Shown here: positions 7,496 through 16,748 of the stretch, one piece after another
Layout of the letters: each line of letters begins with the position of its first letter
Numbering within the stretch: the stretch's first letter is position 1
From: an uncultured Methanosarcinales archaeon
GTDB taxonomy: Archaea > Nanobdellota > Nanobdellia > Woesearchaeales > GW2011-AR9
DNA: 36,328 nucleotides
Assembly (NCBI GenBank): GCA_964360675.1
Contig: CAYHXT010000003.1
Location: forward strand, 1 to 36,328
Direction of reading: 5' to 3'
Position numbers and translations under genes: made by a program
The notes under the pieces: generated by a model
Database searches by the model: none
What the model was told of the DNA's origin: nothing
The model's input: the letters and a program-made list of their open reading frames with translations, nothing else

Positions 7496-8698
7496 ATGGA
7501 AATATATCAACCGGCAGAGGATTCGTACTTATTACAGAAATTTGTGTCTCGGTATGCTTACGGTCGGGTGCTTGACGTAGGCACCGGTTCAGGAATACAA
7601 GCTATAACTGCCCTGGGAAATCCGCAGGTGCGGGAAGTGGTGGCAATAGATATAGACGCGGAAGCAGTCAGCGTTTTTGAGCAAAAGGTACAGAAACAGA
7701 AGCTGCGCAAAATTAAGGTCTTGAAAAGCGACCTGTTTGAAGAAGTGAGCGGTTATTTTAATGTAATTATTTTTAATCCCCCGTATTTGCCGCAAGATCA
7801 AGGCATTAAAGACCGCGCAATTTATGGCGGAAAGAAAGGATGGGAAATCTCTGAGCGGTTTTTTAAAGAGGTTTCAAATCATCTATTTCCAGAAGGAGAG
7901 ATATTGTTTTTGTTTTCTTCACTGACCAATAAACAGAAGATAGAAGAAATGCTTTCCCATAATTTGTTAGGGTGGGAAGAGCTGGGCGAGGAAAAGATTG
8001 CTTTTGAAACTTTGTATGCTTATAAAATCACTAAAACTTCTTTACTGCGCCGGCTGGAAGGAAAGCTGCTGCGGGATGTGCATTATTTTGCGGAAGGAAA
8101 ACGGGGCGTAATCTATACTGCCAAATTTGATCGGAGCAAGTTAGTGAAAAGCCATTTCCCCGCAAAGCGGGAGACATTTACGGTTGCAGTCAAAGTAAAG
8201 AAAAAAGAAAGCAAAGCAGAAGATGCCATCGCCAGCGAAACGTTGTGGCTGAAAGCTCTCAACAAAAGAGGCATCGGGCCAAAATTTTTGTTTTCAGAAG
8301 AAGAATATGTGGTATATGAGTTTGTGGAAGGATATTATATAGAAGATTGGCTGCCTGAAGCTTCCAAGGAAGCAGTAAAAAAAGTTCTTATTGACGTTTT
8401 GGAGCAATGTTTTATCCTTGACCTGATGAATGTTAATAAGGAAGAGATGCACAACCCCTTAAAACATATTATTGTTGATGCAGAGAATACGTCCGTTCTG
8501 ATTGATTTTGAGCGGTGTTATGAAACTGAAAAACCGCACAACGTAACCCAATTTGTAGATTTTATCGGCAAACAGGGGAAATCGCTGCTGAAGAAGGGAT
8601 TTTCTTTTACTTTGGAAAAATTGCGGGAAGCTGCGGCAGAGTATAAGCAGACCTACGGGGAGAAGGAGTTTGAAAATATTATTAAATTGTTAAATTAA
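7496..8698 (+). CDS. HemK2/PrmC-like N5-glutamine methyltransferase fused to an atypical Ser/Thr kinase-like domain
   Basis: N-terminal YQPAEDSYLL, VLDVGTGSG and NPPY; C-terminal EGKRGVIY, VAVK, GIGPK, EFVEG, EEMHNPLKHII and LIDFE. Confidence 0.85.
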   Translation: MEIYQPAEDSYLLQKFVSRYAYGRVLDVGTGSGIQAITALGNPQVREVVAIDIDAEAVSVFEQKVQKQKLRKIKVLKSDLFEEVSGYFNVIIFNPPYLPQDQGIKDRAIYGGKKGWEISERFFKEVSNHLFPEGEILFLFSSLTNKQKIEEMLSHNLLGWEELGEEKIAFETLYAYKITKTSLLRRLEGKLLRDVHYFAEGKRGVIYTAKFDRSKLVKSHFPAKRETFTVAVKVKKKESKAEDAIASETLWLKALNKRGIGPKFLFSEEEYVVYEFVEGYYIEDWLPEASKEAVKKVLIDVLEQCFILDLMNVNKEEMHNPLKHIIVDAENTSVLIDFERCYETEKPHNVTQFVDFIGKQGKSLLKKGFSFTLEKLREAAAEYKQTYGEKEFENIIKLLN

Positions 8699-8757
8699 GG
8701 TATCTCCGCGGCTTAATCTCAGTGGCGATGTTTCTTTCTTCTCAACTAATTTATCAA

Positions 8758-9543
8758 CTAATAATACTCCACTTCTTTTTCAGCATAAATCCCTTTCTTC
8801 AATTCTACCGGCCGCCATTCGTCAATGATTAAGGTCGCCCCTAACCATTCTGACAATTCTTTTGGATTACCGATAGTCGCAGAAAGCCCGATTATCTGCG
8901 GCTTAATCAGACTCTTAAGGAGGGTAAGGATGATTTCTAGTGTAGGTCCCCTGGATGCGTCGTTCAATAAATGGATCTCATCCACAATTACGGTTTTGAC
9001 TTCAGAAAGCCAGCCAACTCTATGCCGCAGAAGTGAGTCAAGCTTTTCCGTGGTAAGGATAAGCAGATCGTATTCAGCTAGATAGTCAGCTTCAGAATCC
9101 ACGTCGCCGGTTGAAAGTACTACTTTATGCGTGGAATCCTTGAACAAGGCCAGATATTCCTTGTATTTTTCCGTTCCTAAGGCTTTGAGCGGTACTAAAT
9201 ATATAGCCTTTCCCTTTCTCTGCTCCGAAGCATTAGTATTTGAGGCGTTGTTATTACTACTACTACCACTACTACTACTATTACTACTACTATTATTACC
9301 ACCACTACCACCATAACCACTATTACTGCTGTTATTACTTGAGCAATCAGCGTTACCCAGAATATTATATATAGCCATGGTAGCGATTAAAGTCTTCCCA
9401 GAAGCAGTAGGGGCGCAAGCCAGAATTGATTTTTTCTCCAAAAGTCCGGCTTTAACGGCTTTCTCCTGTATGGGGGTAAGAGTCTTGAATGCAGCATATT
9501 TTTTTTTGAACGGTTCAGGCAGGGGAAGGTCGTTAATATCCAT
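8758..9543 (-). CDS. Truncated Ski2/Hel308-like helicase (first RecA domain only), possible pseudogene
   Basis: Q motif, APTASGKT, VPLKAL, TTEKLD, DEIH, SAT and WRPVEL, then a stop. No HelicaseC domain; S/N/G-rich insert. Confidence 0.8.
   Translation of the reverse strand: MDINDLPLPEPFKKKYAAFKTLTPIQEKAVKAGLLEKKSILACAPTASGKTLIATMAIYNILGNADCSSNNSSNSGYGGSGGNNSSSNSSSSGSSSNNNASNTNASEQRKGKAIYLVPLKALGTEKYKEYLALFKDSTHKVVLSTGDVDSEADYLAEYDLLILTTEKLDSLLRHRVGWLSEVKTVIVDEIHLLNDASRGPTLEIILTLLKSLIKPQIIGLSATIGNPKELSEWLGATLIIDEWRPVELKKGIYAEKEVEYY
9248..9340. repeat. Degenerate trinucleotide microsatellite (tac/tat/cac) inside the helicase gene
   Basis: ttattactactactaccactactactacta... encodes SSNNSSNSGYGGSGGNNSSSNSSSSGSSSNNN in frame. 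Confidence 0.8.
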
Positions 9544-9750
9544 GTTATCGTTTCCGGGCCATGAATCTTTATAATTATTGGTGTTGTTAGGGCTATTAAA
9601 TTCATGATAACGACCAATTTACCAGAACTAAGTTCCAGAACACAGTTTTATCATTTGGTAATGATGAACCGCCAAAAGCTAAAAATTTTCCAGTTTTAGG
9701 GGTCCTCCTCTTTTTCGGCTGATGGGTCCAATTTTTCGGTACGAAAAACT

Positions 9751-9953
9751 TATAAATGATTTTTTGGTAGTTAGAGGTTACTTAGATGTGTCAATAAAGG
9801 ATTGCACTGATCTTAGGAATCCTTTAGGTCTTTAATCCATCGATAAGACCGAAACAAGCGGGCCCTTGTGGTTTGCTGCTCGGAACTCTTAGGATGGATC
9901 GGGACTGAGGAGAAGAGTTGGAAAACATATTCAAAACACGGAGGTGTGTTTTA
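9751..9953 (+). promoter_or_regulatory. TATA box and long structured 5' UTR of the S-layer gene
   Basis: TTATAAAT at 9751-9758; four stems at 9795-9826, 9827-9850, 9854-9869 and 9884-9919; SD GGAGGTG before ATG 9954. Confidence 0.6.
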
Positions 9954-12500
9954 ATGAAAGTAAAAAAAATAGTGAAATGTATTCTTTCAGCTGGTGCTGG
10001 AGCAACTATGCTTAGCGCAACAGTGATGGGTGCAATGGCTGCAGATTTGAGCAACTACCCGGACATGTTAGTTCAAGATGGTGTCTTTAACGGTCTTCTG
10101 GTAGTAGGAGAAAATGCCGCTGCTGTAGACAATTTAGCAATGACTGACATTGCCGCAAGCATGAAATATAAAGCATCTGATGCAGGCGCTACCGTCAGTG
10201 TCGAAGGCGACGCTTTTTTAGTGAAAGCAGGAACTGACGAGTTAGAATTCGGCGAAGCTATAGGAACTACAACTCACGGAGTATTGGATTTCGTAGATGG
10301 GGATGATTTAGCTGCTTTGGCAGATGCTACTTTGTCCAGTTCAAAAGGATCTTTCAACTACGAACAGTTCATCCACTTTGATGGCCCTGTTGTGAACACA
10401 ACTTACGTGGAAGATGATGACGATGTAACTGCTTTGTTCGTGAAAGTTCCGGATAACGCTGAATTTGCCAGATATGAAATGAACTTTCTGGAAGCAGCAA
10501 AATCTGATGTGGATTCTTCCTCCAGCTATAAATTGGATGATTTGGAAAAGAAGTCTGTAACTATGCTGGGAAAAACATACAACATCGTTCAGGCAAGAAC
10601 GAATGCAATTTCGGCTACCCCGCAAATTACATTGACGTTGATGTCCGGTTCTGCTTCAGACCAAATATTGGAAGGGGAAACCAAAACGTTTACTCTTGAT
10701 GGTAAAGAGTACGAGGTAAGTTTAGTTTTCACCAATACGGCTGACCAAGCTAAATTTACCGTTAATGGTGAAACAACTCCGGTAATGGATGAAGGAGATA
10801 CTGAAACACTCTCTGATGGTGTCGTACTTGGATTGAGCGAAGTATTGTACCAAGACTATGCCGGCGGGGTTCACCAAGCTGAGTTTTACTTGGGAGCTGA
10901 CAAGTTAGAATTACAGGATGATAACTTCAACCAGACTACAGCTACTGCCACTTCATCAGACGACTTAAAAGTCAATGATGAAACTATCGACGGAGCAGCT
11001 GTAACTATATTTGGTTCAGTAACTACTGCCTGGAGTGCAACTGCTGACGGAGAGTTAGAAATTGACGACATCCAAGTCAACATGACCGCGCAGGACGATT
11101 ATTTCATAGCAGCCGGTGAAACTTTGTTAGGTCAGCCAGAACTTGAAGAAAAAGAATTGGTTTTTACTGAAAACTGGGACCTGCGTTTTGAAGGGATGGA
11201 TCAATCTGTCCTTACAGACGAAATAAAAGTTGCAGATCAAAGCGGTGAAAAGGAATATTGGTTGACTTTTACTAACTTGAAAGGAGACGTAATAAATATG
11301 CCTTTAGCTTATGCAACTGGATCAGATGTGTTGTTAGGTAACCAAGACGATAGGCTTGTTTTGAACAAAACTTCAATCCAAGATGAACAGTATTTCATCT
11401 TGAACGATGATACTGATGAAGATTCAGTTTCAAGTGTAGTTCAATATAAAGGAGCCGATAAGTTTGGCGCATCAGATCCTAAAGCAAAGTTCAAAATTTT
11501 AGGAACGGGAGAGACTGTTGAACGTCCTATCACCTTTGGAGCAGGTCAAAACGGTGCTACCTTTAACTTGAAGTTAGGAGGAAATACCTATGGTTTTGCC
11601 AACGCAACTGCTGTTGGTGATGGAGCAGCGCCAGTTGGTGGCGGTAATGTTGGTGCTGACGATTGGAACATTACCATCTTAAGCGGACATGCAGCTACTG
11701 CATTAATAACTCCTTCAAGAGCTTATAATGCGCAAGTGCAAGATTACGTAATTGCTAGAGGCGGAGCCAAAATTTGGATATACACCAACAGTACTCTTAC
11801 TGGTGAGGTACTATTCAACGTAAGTTTGATAGATGCTGATGCAATTGATGACAGAAACGCTGTTCCGTACCTGATAAAAGGGTACAACATCACTGCTGCA
11901 TCTAGTGAAGTTGACTTGTCTACAGAAGTTGGATTCGATTTGGTGAATACTACCTTAGTATCCCCGCAAGACGACGACGACAATTCCTACGGTTACTCAG
12001 CTAACGGAGCATGGGTAAAAAGGAATAGTCCTAGCGGCGGCGGATCCAGCGCAGACACATTGACCATTGAATGGCCGCACAAAGAAAGATTGCCAATGGT
12101 GTACTTGACCTCTGGAGCAGTAGCTTCGAGCACATCTGCCGGCGGCGACCTGAAAGCAGTAACCTTTGTTGATGCCACCAAGCTGGACAGTGAAGTAGCT
12201 GACGTAAAAGCGCAGAACTTAGTTGTTGTAGGAGGACCTTGTGTCAATACCGCAGCAGCTGAACTGATGGGAAACCCAGCTGATTGTGCTGAAGGATTTA
12301 CTCCTGGAAAAGCACGTGTTAAGTTGTTCGAGCATGCTAACGGCAACGTGGCTATGCTTGTAGCAGGTTACAGCGGCGCTGACACCAGACTAGCTGGTAA
12401 AGTAGTAGCTAACAGAGCTAGCGAACTTTCCGGCAAGGAAATGGTAGTAGAAGGCACAACCTACGCTGACGCAAAACTCAGCAAAGCAACGACTAACTAA
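9954..12500 (+). CDS. S-layer protein (Methanococcus/Thermococcus S_layer_N/S_layer_C type)
   Basis: MKVKKI signal peptide; LVVGENAAAVDNLAMTDIAA; C-terminal NLVVVGGPCVN...LVAGYSGADTRLA; acidic, with many NxS/T sequons; strong SD. Confidence 0.9.
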   Translation: MKVKKIVKCILSAGAGATMLSATVMGAMAADLSNYPDMLVQDGVFNGLLVVGENAAAVDNLAMTDIAASMKYKASDAGATVSVEGDAFLVKAGTDELEFGEAIGTTTHGVLDFVDGDDLAALADATLSSSKGSFNYEQFIHFDGPVVNTTYVEDDDDVTALFVKVPDNAEFARYEMNFLEAAKSDVDSSSSYKLDDLEKKSVTMLGKTYNIVQARTNAISATPQITLTLMSGSASDQILEGETKTFTLDGKEYEVSLVFTNTADQAKFTVNGETTPVMDEGDTETLSDGVVLGLSEVLYQDYAGGVHQAEFYLGADKLELQDDNFNQTTATATSSDDLKVNDETIDGAAVTIFGSVTTAWSATADGELEIDDIQVNMTAQDDYFIAAGETLLGQPELEEKELVFTENWDLRFEGMDQSVLTDEIKVADQSGEKEYWLTFTNLKGDVINMPLAYATGSDVLLGNQDDRLVLNKTSIQDEQYFILNDDTDEDSVSSVVQYKGADKFGASDPKAKFKILGTGETVERPITFGAGQNGATFNLKLGGNTYGFANATAVGDGAAPVGGGNVGADDWNITILSGHAATALITPSRAYNAQVQDYVIARGGAKIWIYTNSTLTGEVLFNVSLIDADAIDDRNAVPYLIKGYNITAASSEVDLSTEVGFDLVNTTLVSPQDDDDNSYGYSANGAWVKRNSPSGGGSSADTLTIEWPHKERLPMVYLTSGAVASSTSAGGDLKAVTFVDATKLDSEVADVKAQNLVVVGGPCVNTAAAELMGNPADCAEGFTPGKARVKLFEHANGNVAMLVAGYSGADTRLAGKVVANRASELSGKEMVVEGTTYADAKLSKATTN

Positions 12501-12542
12501 GCCTTAATAGGCTTTATTTTTTTCTTTTTATTTTTCTCTTTT
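12500..12542 (+). terminator. Short hairpin plus oligo-T terminator after the S-layer gene
   Basis: AGCCT-TAAT-AGGCT followed by repeated T5-T7 runs. Confidence 0.6.
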
Positions 12543-12761
12543 CTGAGACAGACCAGAAATTTCTAATGAAGTTTTCAAGCCAATTTTGTTCAAACCAGAA
12601 TTTTTATAAGCATGAAAGCTATTCTTACGTTTAATAAGCATATTCAATAAATGAATATTAATTAAACTAATATTAATTAAACCTGTAAAAATTAAATCAC
12701 TAAGAGGCGAATAGACATTAAATACAAAAATTACGTTCCGGTATTTTTATTTGTTTCATTA

Positions 12762-13766
12762 GTGATTCTATCCTTTTTAATCCTCCGGCCGCTTATACTG
12801 GCAATTTTCGTGGGCGCGCTGTTAGCGTATACCTTTTATCCGATATATAGATTTACAGCAAGAAAAACCAATAGTCCGGTAATCTCATCGTTTTTAGTAT
12901 GTTTCCTGGTCCTCCTTATAGTGATCATACCTGCGGGCTTTTTGATCAAGGTGCTCATACAGGAATCGTATGTCATCTATCTGCTGGTAAAACAGAAATT
13001 AGCGGTGGGGTTGTTTAACAATTGCGCTACCGATTTGTGCCAGGCCATTACTGACATAAGCAGGAGTGATGTTGTCAGCTATCAGCTGAAAGAGATCACC
13101 AAAAATGCTACGGAATGGGTTATCGGAAAAGGGTCATCGTTTTTAATAAACCTGCCGCGTTTATTCGTGAATCTATTCACGGTTTTTTTTACCTTATTCT
13201 TTTTCCTGAAAGATGGGGAAAATCTGCTGAACAAGCTGCATCATTATTTCCAGATTCGCCAGAAAAATTACGCTTTAATCCTTGGCCGGCTGAGGGAAAT
13301 TATTCACGGAGTGGTTTATGGCTATTTAATAGTGGCTTTAATCCAAGGAGTCTTCGGCGCGCTAGGATTTTTCTTGTTCGGAATCCCTTCACCGTTTTTC
13401 TGGGGGGTAGTAATATCATTTTTCGCTTTAATTCCGGCTATCGGTACCGGCGTGATATGGGTTCCTGCGTCCTTGTTTTTATTGCTGGATGGAATATTTC
13501 AAGGTTCTGATGCCGGCATATTAAAAGGGATTGGCTTATTCGTATATTGTTTTATCTTTGTAGGAAGCGTCGATAATATTCTCCGCCCTAAACTCATGGG
13601 TGATAAGGCTAAAGTACACACCGCAATCATCATGTTAGGAATTTTTGGCGGAATCCTGTTCTTAGGGCCGTTAGGCGTGATTATTGGGCCGTTAGTGTTG
13701 TCGCTGACAGCAGAAGTGATGTGGATATATCTTGCTAAAAAGAATTACCATGAAAAACTTTTATAG
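12762..13766 (+). CDS. AI-2E (PerM) family transporter
   Basis: LAYTFYPIY, FFFLKDG, ALIQG, LIPAIGTGVIWVP, DNILRPKLMG and GPLGVIIGPL. The frame is open upstream to about 12696, so the start is uncertain. Confidence 0.92.
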   Translation: MILSFLILRPLILAIFVGALLAYTFYPIYRFTARKTNSPVISSFLVCFLVLLIVIIPAGFLIKVLIQESYVIYLLVKQKLAVGLFNNCATDLCQAITDISRSDVVSYQLKEITKNATEWVIGKGSSFLINLPRLFVNLFTVFFTLFFFLKDGENLLNKLHHYFQIRQKNYALILGRLREIIHGVVYGYLIVALIQGVFGALGFFLFGIPSPFFWGVVISFFALIPAIGTGVIWVPASLFLLLDGIFQGSDAGILKGIGLFVYCFIFVGSVDNILRPKLMGDKAKVHTAIIMLGIFGGILFLGPLGVIIGPLVLSLTAEVMWIYLAKKNYHEKLL

Positions 13767-13808
13767 ATAGTTTTGAAGTCACGGGGATTCAGTTCCATCA
13801 CCCAATAT

Positions 13809-14270
13809 TCAGAATCCGGTTCCCCTGCTATAACTTACCAGCTGCTGAATGTAATTTGAAAGTTGGATTTGCTGCGGGATATGCCGCAGAAAGAAGTTTT
13901 TACCTAAATTGATGGAATAAGTTTTGAAGAGCCGGTCCAAAGGGTCAAGATGGGCCGTAGTGTTGTTGATATCAATGTAAAAGATAGTTTCTTTTCCTTT
14001 AGTTACCCTATTGCGGTAAAATAAATAGGGCTGATTTACTTTCCGCACTGCTAAACCAGTCCCAAATATTATAAGAAGCAATAATAAGATTAAAGAGCCG
14101 GTTTTTAGCACCGTTTCCTGTCCGGCATTGAGTTTCAAGAGAGACACATTAAGCAATACGCCGAGGTAAAATATAAAGGAAAGAACGAATAATGACGCTA
14201 CTTTAGGCACTAGCGCTCTGGATTTAGATTCATGCGCGGCATAAATGGGCGATTCTAAGGGAAGTTCCAT
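13809..14270 (-). CDS. Membrane protein, 2 TM plus a PH-like soluble domain
   Basis: Two hydrophobic segments, then YLFYRNRV...IDI...LDRLFKTYSI, a bacterial-PH-like pattern. Confidence 0.7.
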   Translation of the reverse strand: MELPLESPIYAAHESKSRALVPKVASLFVLSFIFYLGVLLNVSLLKLNAGQETVLKTGSLILLLLLIIFGTGLAVRKVNQPYLFYRNRVTKGKETIFYIDINNTTAHLDPLDRLFKTYSINLGKNFFLRHIPQQIQLSNYIQQLVSYSRGTGF

Positions 14271-14332
14271 AAGATAATGAAAATGATATTAATTTAAATG
14301 GTTTACGGTGGATTCCTCATAAAAAAAATAAA

Positions 14333-14514
14333 TGGGCCCACCCGGACTTTCGCTCCTCAAAAAGTGAGGGTTGATAAGGGCAGACTGCCCTTATTTTCGA
14401 ACCGGGGATCTCCTCGATACAGAAAATGCCAGCGTTTTAAACGAACACTTTGCATTTGCGTCAACGAGATGTCATCTGCGGCGCATTTCTGCGTAGCCGC
14501 TAGACCATGAGCCC
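14333..14514 (-). tRNA. tRNA-Val(GAC) with three introns (D-loop 19 nt, anticodon 37/38 41 nt, T-loop 59/60 49 nt)
   Basis: Removing 14494-14476, 14458-14418 and 14395-14347 gives a 73-nt cloverleaf: GGGCTCA-TG-GTCTAGCGGCTATGAC-A-TCTCG-TTGACGT-CGAGG-AGATC-CCCGG-TTCGAAT-CCGGG-TGGGCCC-A. Each junction fits BHB cleavage geometry. Confidence 0.9.
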
Positions 14515-14570
14515 ATTTTATAAGAAAGACTTATATTCTTTTATAAATCTTATTTATTTAATCTTTAAAA

Positions 14571-15197
14571 ATGGCAGATGCAGAAACCTTATTCTTTACC
14601 GGCCTGATAGAGCTGCAATACGGGAAGAACGTAGAAAAAGAATTAAAGACAATAGCAGAAAATGTTCCTTGGGCTCAAGGATGGCCCGAAAATATCATTT
14701 CGTTCTGGAATGCTGAATCATTCATGTGGAAGCATAAAATCTGCAAAGAAGCCAGAGATTTGATTGCTGACAAATTAGTTTTTCTGAACGGCGGAAATAA
14801 TTTAGATATCGGCTGCGGCGCGTATTCTTATCTGCCCTCGGTAGGTTTTGACATCTCGGAAAAAATGTTGTTATTGAATGATAATTGCCCGAATAAAATT
14901 CAGGGAGATTTAGAAAATGCATTGCCGTTTAGCAGCGGCAGTTTTGATTCAGTTACTGCTGTTTTTGTTCTGAATTACGTATCCGGCTATCATAAGCTGT
15001 TACAGGAGATCAAACGGATTTTGCATCCAAACGGCCATTTTATCATAGTTTTATCCGCCCACAGGATCAATAGCTGGCAGCGGCAGAAAGAGGTTGCCTC
15101 TTTCAACTCAAAAGAATGGATTGCCATTTTACAGAAAGCCAAGTTTGATGTTGATTTTCATGAGGAGCAGAACCTTTGTTTTTTTCGGTGCCAGTAG
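14571..15197 (+). CDS. Class I SAM-dependent methyltransferase (Methyltransf_11-like)
   Basis: LDIGCG, GFDISEKML, LPFSSGSFDSV and EIKRILHPNG. Confidence 0.9.
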   Translation: MADAETLFFTGLIELQYGKNVEKELKTIAENVPWAQGWPENIISFWNAESFMWKHKICKEARDLIADKLVFLNGGNNLDIGCGAYSYLPSVGFDISEKMLLLNDNCPNKIQGDLENALPFSSGSFDSVTAVFVLNYVSGYHKLLQEIKRILHPNGHFIIVLSAHRINSWQRQKEVASFNSKEWIAILQKAKFDVDFHEEQNLCFFRCQ

Positions 15198-15285
15198 GTA
15201 AGTTTTATAAAGTTAAATGGTTTAATTTTCATAAAGAGTTGCAAGTGGTTTTTTTAAAAATCATTGATAATGTTCGGAAAATAAG

Positions 15286-16707
15286 GTGTTGGAAATGAGA
15301 AAGTATTGGTCTGCTTTGATAATTATTTTAATTTTGCCGTTAGTTCTAGCGCAGGATGATGTTTCCCAGGATCCAGGCGTTACTCCGGATAATTTTTTAT
15401 GGGGGGTTGATCGGGCTTTAGAGCAGATATCGCTGCTGTTGGCTGCCAATCCAGAATCAAAAGCAGCAAAAGGATTGGAAATCGCTCAGGAACGGCTATT
15501 TGAAGTAAAAGCCATGGCTGAAGCGAAGAATCTTCCCGCTCTCGAAAAAGCACAAAAGGCGCACGGGGAGGTTCTTCTCAAAGTCAAAGAAAATATTCGA
15601 TGGTTAGATGATGAAGATTCTGAAGTCCTGCTCGAAAAGGAACTGGAGCTGGATAAAAAGCTGCTTGAACACCAAGAAAATCTTGCTGAGATAACAGCAA
15701 AATTAAAAGTTAAAATAAAAATTGAAGGAGTATTGACTTCGGAACAGCAGGCAAGGTTGGATGAATTCCTGGTTTCATTAGGCGAAAGCGCGGAAGATGT
15801 AAAAGTTGAAATTAAAAGTAAAAAAGATTTAACTAAGATAAGAATCAAGGAACAAACAGGCAAGAGCAAAGAAGAAATTGAAGAAGACGTGGAAAAGTTA
15901 GAGCGGGGGAAAGGCCTTCTTGGCGAAAAGATCAAAGTCCGGGCTGAAACTGACGGTGGGAAATCTTTAGTCAAAGTAGAGCTTAGTTTTGACACTTCTG
16001 CTGCTGATAAAGAAGCGCTTCTGGCGGAGATTGTGGAACGATTCAGTTTAGATGCTGATACCGCCGCTTCGCTGTTGAAAGTTGAAGATAAAGATGAGAA
16101 AAATGCAGAAAACGGAGATGGAGAGGAAACAGAAACCAAGGAAGCCGCGGAAGAAGCAGAAACTGTGGAAGAAGAGGAACGATTGCAGGTTAAAGTAAAA
16201 ACGGAAGATGGCAGTTCTGAAGTAACGATAAAATTACGCTTTTCTTTAAATTCAACTGATACGGCTGAGATTGCCAATGCCATTGCGGAAAAAACGCAGC
16301 TGACTGCCGAACAAGTTGAAAGCGTATGGAAAGTGAAAGAAAAGAAACCGGGAGAAAAAAAAGAACTGGAGATAGAAGTGGAGATTGAAGACGGAGAAGC
16401 GAAAGTAAAAGTAGAAACCGGCGGCAGTAAGGCTAAGTTTATGTTGGAAGAAACCGATAGAGAGAAAATCGTGCAAGAAATTGCCGCAAAATTAGGAATT
16501 TCTGTCGATGAAGTATTAAAGTTTGTGACTTTTGAAGAAGAAACGGAAGAGCCGGAGACAGAGGAAGATGAAGACGGGGAAGATGATTCTGAAGACGAAA
16601 CTAAAGAAGCCGACGGAGTAAAAAAAGAAAAAGGTAACGGCGATGAAGATGAAGATGACGAAGATTCTGAAGAGGGAAACGGAAGCAACGTCTCGGATAA
16701 TGAATAA
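15286..16707 (+). CDS. Secreted acidic protein with DUF5667-like N-terminal domain
   Basis: Signal peptide; PGVTPDNFLWGVDRALEQI...AQERLFE; repeated beta-rich modules (VKVELSF, VTIKLRF); D/E-rich tail. Start may be ATG 15295. Confidence 0.75.
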   Translation: MLEMRKYWSALIIILILPLVLAQDDVSQDPGVTPDNFLWGVDRALEQISLLLAANPESKAAKGLEIAQERLFEVKAMAEAKNLPALEKAQKAHGEVLLKVKENIRWLDDEDSEVLLEKELELDKKLLEHQENLAEITAKLKVKIKIEGVLTSEQQARLDEFLVSLGESAEDVKVEIKSKKDLTKIRIKEQTGKSKEEIEEDVEKLERGKGLLGEKIKVRAETDGGKSLVKVELSFDTSAADKEALLAEIVERFSLDADTAASLLKVEDKDEKNAENGDGEETETKEAAEEAETVEEEERLQVKVKTEDGSSEVTIKLRFSLNSTDTAEIANAIAEKTQLTAEQVESVWKVKEKKPGEKKELEIEVEIEDGEAKVKVETGGSKAKFMLEETDREKIVQEIAAKLGISVDEVLKFVTFEEETEEPETEEDEDGEDDSEDETKEADGVKKEKGNGDEDEDDEDSEEGNGSNVSDNE

Positions 16708-16748
16708 GCTGGTGAATGGGCCGGCGGATGAGCAGGTAAGCAGATAAA

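Noticed and set aside
7329-7580. 83-aa ORF
   Set aside because: It starts within the tRNA intron and crosses the repeat remnant.
8699-8760. Readthrough or frameshift continuation of the helicase
   Set aside because: More stops follow immediately and a convergent gene ends ~60 bp away.
9238-9350. Intein in the helicase insert
   Set aside because: Low-complexity microsatellite product with no intein terminal residues.
9918-9953. TTG-start extension of the S-layer ORF
   Set aside because: SD GGAGGTG and the MKVKKI signal peptide point to ATG 9954.
14298-14510. 70-aa ORF
   Set aside because: Antisense to the three-intron tRNA-Val.
15486-16688. 400-aa Ser/Phe-rich antisense ORF
   Set aside because: Mirror of the GAA/AAA-rich sense gene, which leaves this frame without stops.
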